Below are positions 29,581 through 39,557 of a stretch of DNA of 64,000 nt, piece by piece. The notes below the pieces were generated by a model that was given only the letters and a program-made list of their open reading frames with translations, had not been told where the DNA came from and ran no database searches. How positions within the stretch are numbered: position 1 is the stretch's first letter; every line of letters begins with the position of its first letter. Made by a program: the position numbers and the translations under genes. The stretch is from an uncultured Candidatus Poseidoniales archaeon. Lineage in GTDB: Archaea > Thermoplasmatota > Poseidoniia > Poseidoniales > Thalassarchaeaceae. The DNA lies in NCBI GenBank assembly GCA_964386765.1, contig CAYLUC010000005.1, forward strand, positions 3,201 through 67,200. The letters run 5' to 3'.

Positions 29581-30447
29581 ATGGAAATGAAGGATGCATT
29601 GCCCAATACCGATCTATGTAAACTGAGCATAGAGGGCTGTGTTGCAAACGTGACATTGACTAGAAGCGACGTCTACAACGCCCTGAACGTACAACTGATT
29701 TCCGAGTTGATTGATATCATAGAATGGACCGCTGCGCGGGCCGTCGGCACAACTTCATCCCTGAACGACTCATCAGGTAGCCCCTATCTCAGGGCAGTCG
29801 TAATCAGAAGTGAGGGTAAGCACTTCTGCGCGGGTGCGGACATCAACATGATGAGAGATGCGGGAGCATCAAGCCCAGAGGAGAACAGAAAGGACTCCGA
29901 GCGCCTGGATAGATTGTTCTTCTCACTATGGTCGCACCCATGCTTCACAATTGGGTGCGTACAGGGAGTCGCCTTGGGAGGCGGCGCCGGACTAGTGGCA
30001 TGCTTGGATCACGTCATAGCCGAACCAAGTACCAGAATCGCACTTTCAGAAGGTAAGCTGGGAATTCTTCCAGCGGTGATAGGGCCGTATGTGTATAGAA
30101 AGATTGGAAGCGCACAATTCCGAAGGCTCTCTATGCTCGCCAGCAGGGTCGGCTCCGAAGAAGCCCTGAGGATAGGATGGATAAACGAAATAGCGGACTC
30201 CCCGGAGTCTTTCGGAGACTCCGTTTCCTCGGTAATCTCGAATCTGTTGAGTACTGGTCCAATGGCCGTTACAGAATCGAAGAGGCTAACTCTGGAGTTT
30301 GACCGTTGGACTTCTTCAGATGAGGAACTAAGGGTTTGGACCATGGATAAGACGAGTGAGATGAGAGGCTCCAGGGAGGGTCAAGAGGGACTCTCCGCCT
30401 TCTTGGAGAGAAGGCTGCCAGATTGGTCACCGAGTGACGAAAATTGA
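29581..30447 (+). CDS. liuC: Methylglutaconyl-CoA hydratase (crotonase family)
   Basis: FCAGAD, ALGGGAGLVAC, SEGKLGILPAVIGPY, EGQEGLSAFLERR motifs; lies between MCC subunits. Confidence 0.88.
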   Translation: MEMKDALPNTDLCKLSIEGCVANVTLTRSDVYNALNVQLISELIDIIEWTAARAVGTTSSLNDSSGSPYLRAVVIRSEGKHFCAGADINMMRDAGASSPEENRKDSERLDRLFFSLWSHPCFTIGCVQGVALGGGAGLVACLDHVIAEPSTRIALSEGKLGILPAVIGPYVYRKIGSAQFRRLSMLASRVGSEEALRIGWINEIADSPESFGDSVSSVISNLLSTGPMAVTESKRLTLEFDRWTSSDEELRVWTMDKTSEMRGSREGQEGLSAFLERRLPDWSPSDEN

Positions 30448-30456
30448 GGTCTGCAG

Positions 30457-32010
30457 ATGTCCCCGGAATGGATGCAGGGAGCTCCTAAAGAGTATGATTC
30501 TGTATTGGTGGCCAATAGGGGCGAGATAGCAGTCAGAGTCCTACAGGCGGTCAAGGAATCAGGACTCAGGGCCGTCGCTGTTTATTCGGAAGCTGACTCG
30601 GATTCCTTGCATGTGGAAATAGCGGATGAGGCAATCCTCCTCCCAGGCGAGTCACTCTCTGAAAACTACCTCAATGCAGGAGCCATCATCGAGGCTGCAA
30701 AGTCTACTGGGTCCAATGCCATACACCCGGGTTACGGATTCCTGTCAGAGAGGGCAGACTTCGCAAGGGAAGTTTCAGAGAACGGAATAATTTGGATAGG
30801 TCCAGAGGCCGAGTCAATTGAGATAATGGGGGACAAAATATCTGCTAGATCGAGAATGATTTCCTCGGGAGTACCGGTGATTCCTGGTGACGAGGTTTCC
30901 ATACCAGAGGATGGCGCTCATCTCGGACCACTGGCTGTGGCCGCCGCCAAAGTCGGCTACCCACTCCTGCTGAAGGCCAGCGCCGGTGGCGGCGGCAAGG
31001 GAATGAGGGTCGTTCGAGATCCAAAGATGCTCAGAACTGAGTACGAGGCTGCTGCAAGAGAAGCTGCGGCAGCCTTTGGCGATGGCACTGTTTACGTGGA
31101 AAGGCTACTTACTGGAGCTAGACATGTCGAAATACAGGTTCTAGCTGACTCTACTGGAAATTGCATACACCTGAACGAGAGGGACTGCTCCTTGCAGAGA
31201 AGGCACCAGAAGGTAATCGAGGAGGCCCCTTCTCCTGCCGTGAGTAACTCTGTCAGGGAGTCCATGGGGAAGGCTGCAGTAATGGCAGCGAAGGCCGTGA
31301 ACTACGTCGGTGCAGGAACCGTGGAGTTCCTTCTTTCAAGCAACGGGGAGTTCTATTTCCTAGAGATGAACACCAGACTGCAGGTCGAACATCCAGTTAC
31401 TGAGATGATCACAGGAATAGATCTGGTGCAGAAGCAGCTGGAGATCGCAGCTGGGTTGGAAATGGGGATTTCCCAAAGTGAAGTACCACTGTCCGGGCAC
31501 GCAATCGAGGCTAGGATTTACGCCGAAGACGCAACCAGGGGGTTCCTGCCTGCAATCGGCAAACTATCCACATGGATTACGCCATCGGGCCCCGGAATCA
31601 GGGTCGATTCCGGAGTCAGGCAAGGAGACGAGGTTACTGTCAACTTCGATCCAATGTTGGCCAAGTTAGTCGTTCACGCGCCCACGAGGAAGGCTGCCCT
31701 CAGGAGGATGGACGCAGCTCTCTCAAACTTTGTCGCTCTGGGCGTTGTTACGAATATAGGATTCCTAAGGAATGCATTGTCGCACCCCTCATTCATATCT
31801 GGCAATGTTACTACTGACTTACTCGACTCGTCCGATATCTCAGAATTCAGTGACCCAGAACCACCGATCGAGGCACTTGTATCCATAGCAGAGGCAGCAC
31901 TCAGGATGGGATTGGACAAGACAAACACCGGAGCCTCTAGCAACCCAATCGACGAGCACACCGGACACTCGGGAGATCCGTTCAGAACTCTTTCCAGGAG
32001 CTACCCCTAG
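30457..32010 (+). CDS. mccA: Biotin carboxylase subunit of MCC (no fused BCCP)
   Basis: VLVANRGEIA, IHPGYGFLSE, KASAGGGGKGMR, ERDCSLQRRHQK, FLEMNTRLQVEHPVTE motifs. Confidence 0.93.
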   Translation: MSPEWMQGAPKEYDSVLVANRGEIAVRVLQAVKESGLRAVAVYSEADSDSLHVEIADEAILLPGESLSENYLNAGAIIEAAKSTGSNAIHPGYGFLSERADFAREVSENGIIWIGPEAESIEIMGDKISARSRMISSGVPVIPGDEVSIPEDGAHLGPLAVAAAKVGYPLLLKASAGGGGKGMRVVRDPKMLRTEYEAAAREAAAAFGDGTVYVERLLTGARHVEIQVLADSTGNCIHLNERDCSLQRRHQKVIEEAPSPAVSNSVRESMGKAAVMAAKAVNYVGAGTVEFLLSSNGEFYFLEMNTRLQVEHPVTEMITGIDLVQKQLEIAAGLEMGISQSEVPLSGHAIEARIYAEDATRGFLPAIGKLSTWITPSGPGIRVDSGVRQGDEVTVNFDPMLAKLVVHAPTRKAALRRMDAALSNFVALGVVTNIGFLRNALSHPSFISGNVTTDLLDSSDISEFSDPEPPIEALVSIAEAALRMGLDKTNTGASSNPIDEHTGHSGDPFRTLSRSYP

Positions 32011-32019
32011 GTGATTATC

Positions 32020-32520
32020 ATGGAATGGGGAATTGGAGAATCTTCGGAACGCTATTCTGCGGTGATGTCAAACGAGGGAGAGGCTATGTCACTAACTACT
32101 CTCATGAAGGGTGGCGAGAAATTGGGGAGCTCGTCCCTACTCATATCATCTGACGACTTCCCGGGCAGACTAGTCGTCGAAATTGAAGGGACCCCGATGT
32201 TCGCCCATGTGGCAAGGGTGGGGGATGACTGGTGGATTCATCTCGATGGCAGGATTCACGTGATCAGGGGGCATGAGCCGGGCGGCTCTCAGGATCAAGC
32301 CACAAATGGCGGGCTGTCCGCCCCAATGCCCGGAACCATACTCGAAGTATTGGTCAAACAGGGTCAGAGGGTTCGCGAGGGACAGACTCTCCTGGTCATG
32401 GAGGCGATGAAGATGGAGCACAAGATTCTCGCCCCCAGCGGTGGGGAGGTATCCTCTGTACACTACAAAGAAGGCGACAGAGTTGATATGGGCTCAGTAT
32501 TGATAGAAATGACCGACTAA
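32020..32520 (+). CDS. Biotin carboxyl carrier protein with N-terminal BT-like domain
   Basis: APMPG..LEV..KQGQRV..GQTLLVMEAMKME biotinylation motif; own SD AGGTGA before ATG 32020. Confidence 0.92.
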   Translation: MEWGIGESSERYSAVMSNEGEAMSLTTLMKGGEKLGSSSLLISSDDFPGRLVVEIEGTPMFAHVARVGDDWWIHLDGRIHVIRGHEPGGSQDQATNGGLSAPMPGTILEVLVKQGQRVREGQTLLVMEAMKMEHKILAPSGGEVSSVHYKEGDRVDMGSVLIEMTD

Positions 32521-32561
32521 TACGGGCCCGGGTTAATATCTCCCCTCATCATCGGACAATT

Positions 32562-33149
32562 GTGGACGAGGCCAGCTTAATCATTGCAGCATTCATGGGC
32601 ATCAGCCTAGCTGCAGCCTCAGGATTCCGGGTCTTCCTCCCTCCATTCATCCTGTCATTAGCGGTCAGGGCCGATTTTATCGATATCGATTTGGTAGGAA
32701 CACAATTCGAGTTCTTCACTTCCACCCCATCGATAATACTCCTAGGAATCGCCACAATCGCTGAATTTGCAGCATACTACGCTCCTTGGATAGACAGCCT
32801 TCTGGATGCCATAGCTACACCAGCAGCAGTAATTGCTGGAATAGGTGTTACCGCAATCTCTCTGGAGGGGAGCGAGCCAGTCGTCCAGTGGGCAATTGCA
32901 ATAATCGCTGGAGGGGGGATGTCTGCGACCATCCAGTCAGCCACTGTCGCCACCCGTGGAATCAGCTCAACCTTCACCCTGGGTGTGGCCAATCCAGTGG
33001 TGGCCACGGGAGAGAACGTAGCCAGCGTGGCACTCACGATTATCGCAATACTGGCCCCAATTCTCGCAATACTATTAGCAGCCATCCTCGCACTACTCCT
33101 GATTAGGCGAAGAATCACGAAGAGCAGCCAATCCATGGAAACCGATTAG
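32562..33149 (+). CDS. DUF4126-family membrane protein
   Basis: GISLAAASGFRVFLP, AEFAAYYAPWIDSLLD, NPVVATGENV motifs. Confidence 0.85.
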   Translation: MDEASLIIAAFMGISLAAASGFRVFLPPFILSLAVRADFIDIDLVGTQFEFFTSTPSIILLGIATIAEFAAYYAPWIDSLLDAIATPAAVIAGIGVTAISLEGSEPVVQWAIAIIAGGGMSATIQSATVATRGISSTFTLGVANPVVATGENVASVALTIIAILAPILAILLAAILALLLIRRRITKSSQSMETD

Positions 33150-33173
33150 AAACCCCACCCTCACCAGAGCTCG

Positions 33174-35468
33174 ATGGCGCGTGGAGTCAAGGCCCAACCG
33201 CCTATCGAGAAAGAGAACCTCAAGGTAGGCCCTCCCAAGAAAGTCGCCGCCGGACTGATGGGCGTTCAGAAGTCATTCGACATAGGACTTAGCGAAGCCG
33301 GACTCTCTCGCACGATCAAGACTATGAGGACAGTAAACAGATTTGACGGATTCGATTGTCCAGGCTGTGCATGGCCAGACCCAGATCACCACAGAAGCGG
33401 ATTCGAATTTTGTGAAAACGGTGCTAAGGCGTTTGCAACTGAGGCAACGAAGAAGAGGGCCACCCCAAAGGTGATTGGAAGCATGACCGTGAGGCAGCTC
33501 TCTGAGATGAGCGATATGGAATTGGACAAGTTGGGCAGGATAACTAATCCGATGATTCTTAGAGAAGAATCAGAGAGATACGAGGAAATCGGATGGGACG
33601 AAGCCTTCTCGGTTATTTCTGAAGCAACCAGTGCACTATCCTCTCCCAACGAGGCGGCTCTCTATACCAGTGGTAGAACATCCAACGAAGCCGCCTTTCT
33701 TTGGGGCACCCTAGCTCGTCAGATTGGTACGAACAATCTACCCGATTGCAGCAATATGTGCCACGAGTCCAGTGGATACGCCCTAGGTAAGTCGATAGGG
33801 ATAGGAAAGGGGACCGTCAAACTATCATGCTTCGACAAGGCAGACCTAATCTTGGTGATAGGGCAGAATCCGGGAACCAACCACCCGAGAATGCTCACAG
33901 CATTGTCGAATTGCAAGAAGAACGGAGGCTCAGTAATCAGTATCAATCCGCTAGAGGAGACTGCCATGCGTCGGTTCAAGCACCCTCAGAATCCATTGCA
34001 TATGCTTGGTTCGGGAACTCAGATTGCCGATGAACACATACCTGTCAGAATAGGGGGGGATGCAGCACTCTTGCAGGGATTCGCCAAGGTGATAATCGAT
34101 GAAGACAGGTTAGACCGGGCATTCATCGATGAGCACACCATCGACTTTGATGAATGGAAGTCACACATCCAGTCAACGGGTTGGGATGAGATTGTACTCC
34201 AGTCAGGAATTAGCAAGAAGAGAATCGAAGAGATTGGCAAGGTGATTTCCAAGTCCAAGAGGATGATTGTGTGCTGGGCGATGGGACTAACTCAGCACGA
34301 GAATAGCGTTGGAGTCATCCAAGAGATTGCGAACCTTCTCCTCGCCGGGGGGCACTTCGGCAAACCAGGTGCGGGGGCTTGCCCGGTGAGGGGGCACTCA
34401 AACGTACAAGGGGACCGCACAGTAGGCATCGATCATCATCCGAGCGAGGAATTTCTGTCTGCCTGTCAGGATGCCACTGGAATCGATATGCCCAGAGAGA
34501 GGGGATATGATGCTGTGGATTTCGTCCATGCTGCTCTGGATGACAATGTAAGGCTGTATATGGCGATGGGGGGGAACTTGGTTTCCGCTATGTCCGATAC
34601 CGAAAGAGTTGCAGAGGCTATCAGGAATATTGATCTCACTGTCCAAATTTCTACTAAAATGAATAGGTCCCACTTGGTCACTGGAAAGTCGGCGCTGATA
34701 CTCCCCTGCTTAGGTAGAACCGAAAAGGATCCGGCTGGATTTGTAACCGTTGAGAACTCAATGGGAGTCGTCCATCCCAGTAAGGGGTCTCTAGAACCTG
34801 CTTCTGAGAACCTATTGTCAGAGCCGGAGATAGTTTGTAGGATAGGCCAATCGTGCTTTCCAAAGGGTCCATTCAACTGGCAGTCATTTACGAATTACGA
34901 TGAAATCCGAGATCTGATTTCAAGATGTATCCCCGGTTTCGAAGACTACAACTCAAGAGTGAGGGAGAAAGGCGGATTTTACCTCCCAAATGGTCCCAGG
35001 GACGGGCCAGTATGGAAAACCCCCTCTGGAAAGGCGCACTTCTTCTGCAATAATCTGCCAGAACGTCATTTACGTGAAGGCAGTTTTGTTATGATGACAG
35101 TAAGAAGCCACGATCAGTACAACACCACTGTCTATGGGATGGATGACAGATATCGGGGAATATACAACTCACGCAGGATAGTGATGATGAATCCCGACGA
35201 TATGGGGGAACTCAATATCGTAAAGGGGCAGGAGGTTGACATTACTAGTCACTGGGAAGATAGGGAGATACACTCTGAAAGGTGGAAAGTCATTCCTTAC
35301 GAAATCCCCAAGGGGAACCTCTGTTCATACTTCCCTGAGGCAAATGTCCTAGTCCCACTAGAGAGTACCGCCGAAGGCAGCAACACACCCACCTCAAAGT
35401 GGATAGAAGTGACTGTATCAACTAGGAAGGCCAGATTCTGGAACTCTTCTTCTTCAAGCCTTAATTGA
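33174..35468 (+). CDS. FdhF/YdeP-family molybdopterin oxidoreductase alpha subunit
   Basis: GFDCPGCAWPD, FCENGAKA, YTSGRTSNEAAF, TNNLPDCSNMCHESSG, CPVRGHSNVQGDRTVGI, TVRSHDQYNTT motifs. Confidence 0.93.
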   Translation: MARGVKAQPPIEKENLKVGPPKKVAAGLMGVQKSFDIGLSEAGLSRTIKTMRTVNRFDGFDCPGCAWPDPDHHRSGFEFCENGAKAFATEATKKRATPKVIGSMTVRQLSEMSDMELDKLGRITNPMILREESERYEEIGWDEAFSVISEATSALSSPNEAALYTSGRTSNEAAFLWGTLARQIGTNNLPDCSNMCHESSGYALGKSIGIGKGTVKLSCFDKADLILVIGQNPGTNHPRMLTALSNCKKNGGSVISINPLEETAMRRFKHPQNPLHMLGSGTQIADEHIPVRIGGDAALLQGFAKVIIDEDRLDRAFIDEHTIDFDEWKSHIQSTGWDEIVLQSGISKKRIEEIGKVISKSKRMIVCWAMGLTQHENSVGVIQEIANLLLAGGHFGKPGAGACPVRGHSNVQGDRTVGIDHHPSEEFLSACQDATGIDMPRERGYDAVDFVHAALDDNVRLYMAMGGNLVSAMSDTERVAEAIRNIDLTVQISTKMNRSHLVTGKSALILPCLGRTEKDPAGFVTVENSMGVVHPSKGSLEPASENLLSEPEIVCRIGQSCFPKGPFNWQSFTNYDEIRDLISRCIPGFEDYNSRVREKGGFYLPNGPRDGPVWKTPSGKAHFFCNNLPERHLREGSFVMMTVRSHDQYNTTVYGMDDRYRGIYNSRRIVMMNPDDMGELNIVKGQEVDITSHWEDREIHSERWKVIPYEIPKGNLCSYFPEANVLVPLESTAEGSNTPTSKWIEVTVSTRKARFWNSSSSSLN

Positions 35469-35471
35469 TGC

Positions 35472-36755
35472 TCAAGCGCCCAGTGGATGGAGGATTTCCT
35501 GCCCTCCCATGTATGGCCTTAGTGCGTCCGGGACTGAAACCCTGCCATCCTCAAGTTGGTTCTGCTCCAGTATGGCTACCAGTGCCCTGCTAGTCGCAAC
35601 GGCCGTTGAGTTTAGCGTGTGGACGGCCTCGTTGCCCTCCTTCGTCCTGTACCTCATCCTGAGCCTGTTAGCCTGATAGTCAGTGCAGTTCGAGCAGGAG
35701 ACCACTTCCTTGTAAGCATCGGCCCCCGGTAGCCAAGCCTCGAGGTCGTACTTCTTCGCTGCTACAGTCCCCATGTCACCAGTGCAGATGTTGACTACTC
35801 TGTAATGGAGTCCTAGGCTGTCCCAGAGACTGACTGCGTTCTCTAGCAACTCCTCGTGATGGGACCACGAATCGTCCGGGTGGCAAATGACAATCTGCTC
35901 CACCTTGGTGAATTGGTGTACTCTCCAGATGCCCCTGTCCGACAGTCCATGAGCACCCACCTCTCTCCTGAAGCACTGAGAGACACCGACCATCTTTATC
36001 GGCAACTCGGAAGGCTCGATAATCTCATCCATCCTCATGGCGGTCAGGGGATGCTCGCTCGTCGCGATAAGGTAGTATTTGTCAGGCTCAATTCCATACA
36101 TCACAGTCTCGAAGTCAGACAGGTCAGTCACTCCCTCGTAGGCCTCTCGATTCATCATCAATGGAGGTTGCACTAGTGTGTACCCCCTCTTGATTAGGAA
36201 ATCAGAGGAGTACTGCTGCAACGCCATCTCCATCCTAGCTAGGTCTCCCTGCATGAAGTAGAACCTGCTCCCAGTCACCTTTGCCCCCCTTGCTTGGTCG
36301 ACCCACCCGTTCATCTCGATCAGGTCGTTGTGATTCCGTGGCTCAAAGCCCAGGTCAGATTTCTCCCCATGTAGACTGTGCAGGGTGTTCTTCTGGTCGT
36401 CCTCACCGACTGGAACGTCTGGATGCAGGATATTTGGGACCCTCATCCTCAAAGAATCTCTCTTCTCCAGGCACTCATCGGCATACGCCCCCAATTCGGA
36501 AATCCTGTTCCCGAGATCTGCGACCTCTTCTATGATGGAGTCCGCCGAAGCCGAGTCCCCTGCCTTCTTCGCCTCCGCAATGCCCTTCGCGGCAGCGTTC
36601 CTCTCCCTCCTTATCTGATCGGCATCGTACTGCGCCTTGCGCCACTCCTCGTCCAGTCTGATGATTTCGTCTATGGCGTCATGTGGTATTCCCCTCCTGT
36701 CGTGATCGGCACGAATTAGGTCCGATTGGTCACGAAACATGGCGATGTCCAGCAT
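35472..36755 (-). CDS. serS: Serine--tRNA ligase
   Basis: LIATSEHPL, CFRREVG, RVHQFTKVEQ, EVVSCSNCTDYQANRL, HTLNSTAVA motifs; ATG 36755 preferred to TTG 36770. Confidence 0.98.
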   Translation of the reverse strand: MLDIAMFRDQSDLIRADHDRRGIPHDAIDEIIRLDEEWRKAQYDADQIRRERNAAAKGIAEAKKAGDSASADSIIEEVADLGNRISELGAYADECLEKRDSLRMRVPNILHPDVPVGEDDQKNTLHSLHGEKSDLGFEPRNHNDLIEMNGWVDQARGAKVTGSRFYFMQGDLARMEMALQQYSSDFLIKRGYTLVQPPLMMNREAYEGVTDLSDFETVMYGIEPDKYYLIATSEHPLTAMRMDEIIEPSELPIKMVGVSQCFRREVGAHGLSDRGIWRVHQFTKVEQIVICHPDDSWSHHEELLENAVSLWDSLGLHYRVVNICTGDMGTVAAKKYDLEAWLPGADAYKEVVSCSNCTDYQANRLRMRYRTKEGNEAVHTLNSTAVATSRALVAILEQNQLEDGRVSVPDALRPYMGGQEILHPLGA

Positions 36756-36810
36756 GGCTACCGAACCCAAGGGCCGGATTGCTCACTTTCAAGGAATCGG
36801 GAGAAAACGG

Positions 36811-37914
36811 TCAAAGGAAGGTGATGTCCTGCCATAGCTGGTCTATCCCGAGAGCGAAATAGCCCGAAATAAGGTATCCCAATATGGAACCCCCATTCAA
36901 TAGTGGAAGGCCTGCTTGTGGCTTGCCCCTAGCCACTTGAGTCATGAGTGCCAAGTATCCCACCAAACCACCAATCAGCGTGCCAAGACCCACGATTAGT
37001 GAATCTGAGTACATCGCACCGAAGGCACTGAAGTAAGTTATCTCGCTTCCTGTCTGGGGGAGGAAAGATACCGATGATATTACCAGCATCCCGGGAAATA
37101 TTACGTCCCCAAGTCCCATGAACAGGGCCTCGCGACCCTTTGGCTTGCCCTTTGCCACCGGGACTTCTGGAACAGGGTCTTCCCAGTCCATGGCCCCTTC
37201 AATGGGCACATCGTCCCGCATCACACTGTCTCCCTCATCTAGGAAAGAGTAGTCGGAGCTCTTTGGCGCAACTAGGAGAACCGGCAATTTCAGATCAATC
37301 ATTGTGTCTGCCAATTCTAGCATGTGCTTGCTTCCATTCACTGCCCAGTGGTCATAAATAGCCGCGAGAATCATGAATGCAATGATGAGGACAGGGACGA
37401 ACGAAATACCAATCATCGTCACAACTCCAGCTCCAACCATTATCCCAACCCCATTAACCACGTACCACTCTGGGTAGACGTGTAGTAGGTAGATAGAGCC
37501 AATACTAACAATCAAGCTAGCTATGATTACTGCATATAGGGACTCCAAATTGAGGATGAATAGTAACAAGGCCGCATATGGCTGAACCGCATAGAAGAGA
37601 CTCATCCACAAGGCAAAAAGCACAATTCCCTTGATCAACCAGTCAATTCCCTTGCGAGCGAGCCAGATTATCGCCACTGTGAAAATCCCAATCATCAGCA
37701 GTTCCAGTGCTATGAAACCCCCTTTCGATGTCCCAGATTCACCGAAAGCCCGGGCTTCAGGAATGTTGTATATTGGTTGAATACTAAGGCCGATTAGAAT
37801 AGTGGCTACGAACATGCCACCCATCCCCATCATTGAGGTCCATTGCCCCTTCATCAAGTCCAGCAGACTGCCCTGCTCGCCATCTGCCATGTATGCACGA
37901 ACTTCAAGGGCCAT
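36811..37914 (-). CDS. Presenilin-family intramembrane aspartyl protease (PSH)
   Basis: Catalytic YD (AAIYDHWAV) and GxGD (MGLGDVIFPG) motifs; QAGLPLLN (PAL-like); multiple TMs. Confidence 0.93.
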   Translation of the reverse strand: MALEVRAYMADGEQGSLLDLMKGQWTSMMGMGGMFVATILIGLSIQPIYNIPEARAFGESGTSKGGFIALELLMIGIFTVAIIWLARKGIDWLIKGIVLFALWMSLFYAVQPYAALLLFILNLESLYAVIIASLIVSIGSIYLLHVYPEWYVVNGVGIMVGAGVVTMIGISFVPVLIIAFMILAAIYDHWAVNGSKHMLELADTMIDLKLPVLLVAPKSSDYSFLDEGDSVMRDDVPIEGAMDWEDPVPEVPVAKGKPKGREALFMGLGDVIFPGMLVISSVSFLPQTGSEITYFSAFGAMYSDSLIVGLGTLIGGLVGYLALMTQVARGKPQAGLPLLNGGSILGYLISGYFALGIDQLWQDITFL

Positions 37915-37964
37915 ATCACCTTGACCCGTACACGCACAACGGAGAGGGGCAGGGGGCGAACCAA

Positions 37965-39185
37965 ATGGGCGATAGAGAATGGCTCAATGACAGACTCTCG
38001 ATGGGAGTCAAACTGGGACTCGATAACTGTAGGGAAATACTGAGCAGACTGGGAGATCCGCACCTTGATTTCCCATCAGTTCACGTTGCAGGGACCAACG
38101 GAAAGGGGTCCCTCTGCGTAAAATTGTCCGCAGCCTCCTCCTCAAGCGGCAATGTCACTGGACTATTCACATCGCCGCATTTGATCACGGTGGAGGAAAG
38201 GATCAGGATAGATGGAAGGCCAATAGCCCCTGAATCCTTCAACCGCCTCCTGGATATGGTCAGAAAGGCCTCGGAGCAACCTCCAATGATTTCACCAACA
38301 TACTTCGAAACGACCTTCCTAGTCGCCATGCTCTCATTCAGCCTCTCCGGAGTCGATCGTGCCATCATCGAAACTGGGATGGGTGGGAGGTTAGATGCCA
38401 CTAGGATGGTCGATGCCGACCTATGCATACTAACCACGGTCTCCATGGACCATTCTGAATTCCTGGGCCCCACTCTCACTGATATAGCAGCAGAGAAGGC
38501 CGCCATTCATCGTCCAGGAACCCCACTAATTGCACTCCAGCAGAGCGACTCTGGGGTCATCGAGGCGATCGAGGACATCGCCGGTGAAGATCTGTTGTGG
38601 TGGCCCATCGATATCTTCGCCCCGACTAAGTGGGATAGTTACGACTCACTGGTAGATGCCGCTGCCACCTATCTCGAATGGAATGTTTCGTCCACTGAAT
38701 GCAGTTGGCCGGGTCGCTGTCCAAACTTCGGAAAGGACTGGATAGAGGGAGTCGCCACAAGACTTAGCGCAGCTCACAACGCAGAGAGCCTAGAGAGCGA
38801 TCTAAGTGAGGCAACCGTTCCAACTGTGATTCTATTTGGAATGACTAGGAAGACAGATCTGGAGGGGGCCCTCGCTCCCTTGGTCACGGAGATTTGCATG
38901 GACCGCCTGTTCCCGAAGGTGGTTTTCACCGAACCCAATAGTGGTAGGAACCCAGCCGTAACAGTGGAGGAACTTTCGGAAGCAATGGAAAAACTAGGAG
39001 TTGGATATATTCCAACAGAAGCTGTGAAGGATCCCAAGAAAGCGTTTGAGATTGCCGGCTCAATGGCCAGGGAGGAGAATGTGGAACTGATGGTAATTGG
39101 AAGCGTGTATCTGATTGGGGACCTGCTGGAATATGTGGTGGAAAGGGACGGCCTTGACCTCTGGGAAGTACTGACATCCCACTAA
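37965..39185 (+). CDS. folC: Folylpolyglutamate synthase/dihydrofolate synthase-like Mur ligase
   Basis: HVAGTNGKGS, FTSPHL, PTYFE, ETGMGGRLDAT, IAAEKAAI, WPGR, IGSVYLIG motifs; ATG 37965 (ORF-track start overlaps psh). Confidence 0.9.
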   Translation: MGDREWLNDRLSMGVKLGLDNCREILSRLGDPHLDFPSVHVAGTNGKGSLCVKLSAASSSSGNVTGLFTSPHLITVEERIRIDGRPIAPESFNRLLDMVRKASEQPPMISPTYFETTFLVAMLSFSLSGVDRAIIETGMGGRLDATRMVDADLCILTTVSMDHSEFLGPTLTDIAAEKAAIHRPGTPLIALQQSDSGVIEAIEDIAGEDLLWWPIDIFAPTKWDSYDSLVDAAATYLEWNVSSTECSWPGRCPNFGKDWIEGVATRLSAAHNAESLESDLSEATVPTVILFGMTRKTDLEGALAPLVTEICMDRLFPKVVFTEPNSGRNPAVTVEELSEAMEKLGVGYIPTEAVKDPKKAFEIAGSMAREENVELMVIGSVYLIGDLLEYVVERDGLDLWEVLTSH

Positions 39186-39224
39186 GAACCCAAGTATGAT
39201 GACTATCTGTGGAGAGTGTATCGC

Positions 39225-39548
39225 ATGTCGTCCAGAGATGAGAACAAGCCCGAGATTACAGTAGTGGTGGAGTCTAGAGACACTACCTCGAAGGTCATAC
39301 TTCTGGCTATGGTGATACTCCTGTCCGGCGTTCTAGTGGCTCTGCTAACAACCGAAGCAGGGGAGGATATCCTGGCAAAAAGCGGAATCGGCTCCGGAAA
39401 TTGCGGTGACGGTATTGACAACGACAAGGGGGGCCAGGCCGATGAGGATGATCCAGATTGCTATAACAATCCCGAGGTATGGGAGGGGTATGACGAGAAT
39501 CGCTCTGAGGCCAACAGAGATAACGACCCCCCGGGTGGGCAACCCTGA
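39225..39548 (+). CDS. Small single-TM protein with one Ca-binding-like C-x-DGxDND...DxDC motif
   Basis: TM VILLAMVILLSGVLVALL; NCGDGIDNDKGGQADEDDPDC. Confidence 0.7.
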   Translation: MSSRDENKPEITVVVESRDTTSKVILLAMVILLSGVLVALLTTEAGEDILAKSGIGSGNCGDGIDNDKGGQADEDDPDCYNNPEVWEGYDENRSEANRDNDPPGGQP

Positions 39549-39557
39549 GGTATAATC

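Noticed and set aside
32008-32010. Amber readthrough (pyrrolysine-like) fusing BC to BCCP, because the two ORFs are in frame
   Set aside because: The downstream ORF has its own SD (AGGTGA) 5 nt before ATG 32020, and no pyl genes are in view; separate translation is simpler.
36761-36777. CCGGCCC-TT-GGGTTCGG (minus strand) 5 nt before the serS ATG as a seventh triloop hairpin
   Set aside because: It resembles the sdhC copy, but the loop is not TAN and the stem is imperfect; kept out of the count, worth rechecking in relatives.
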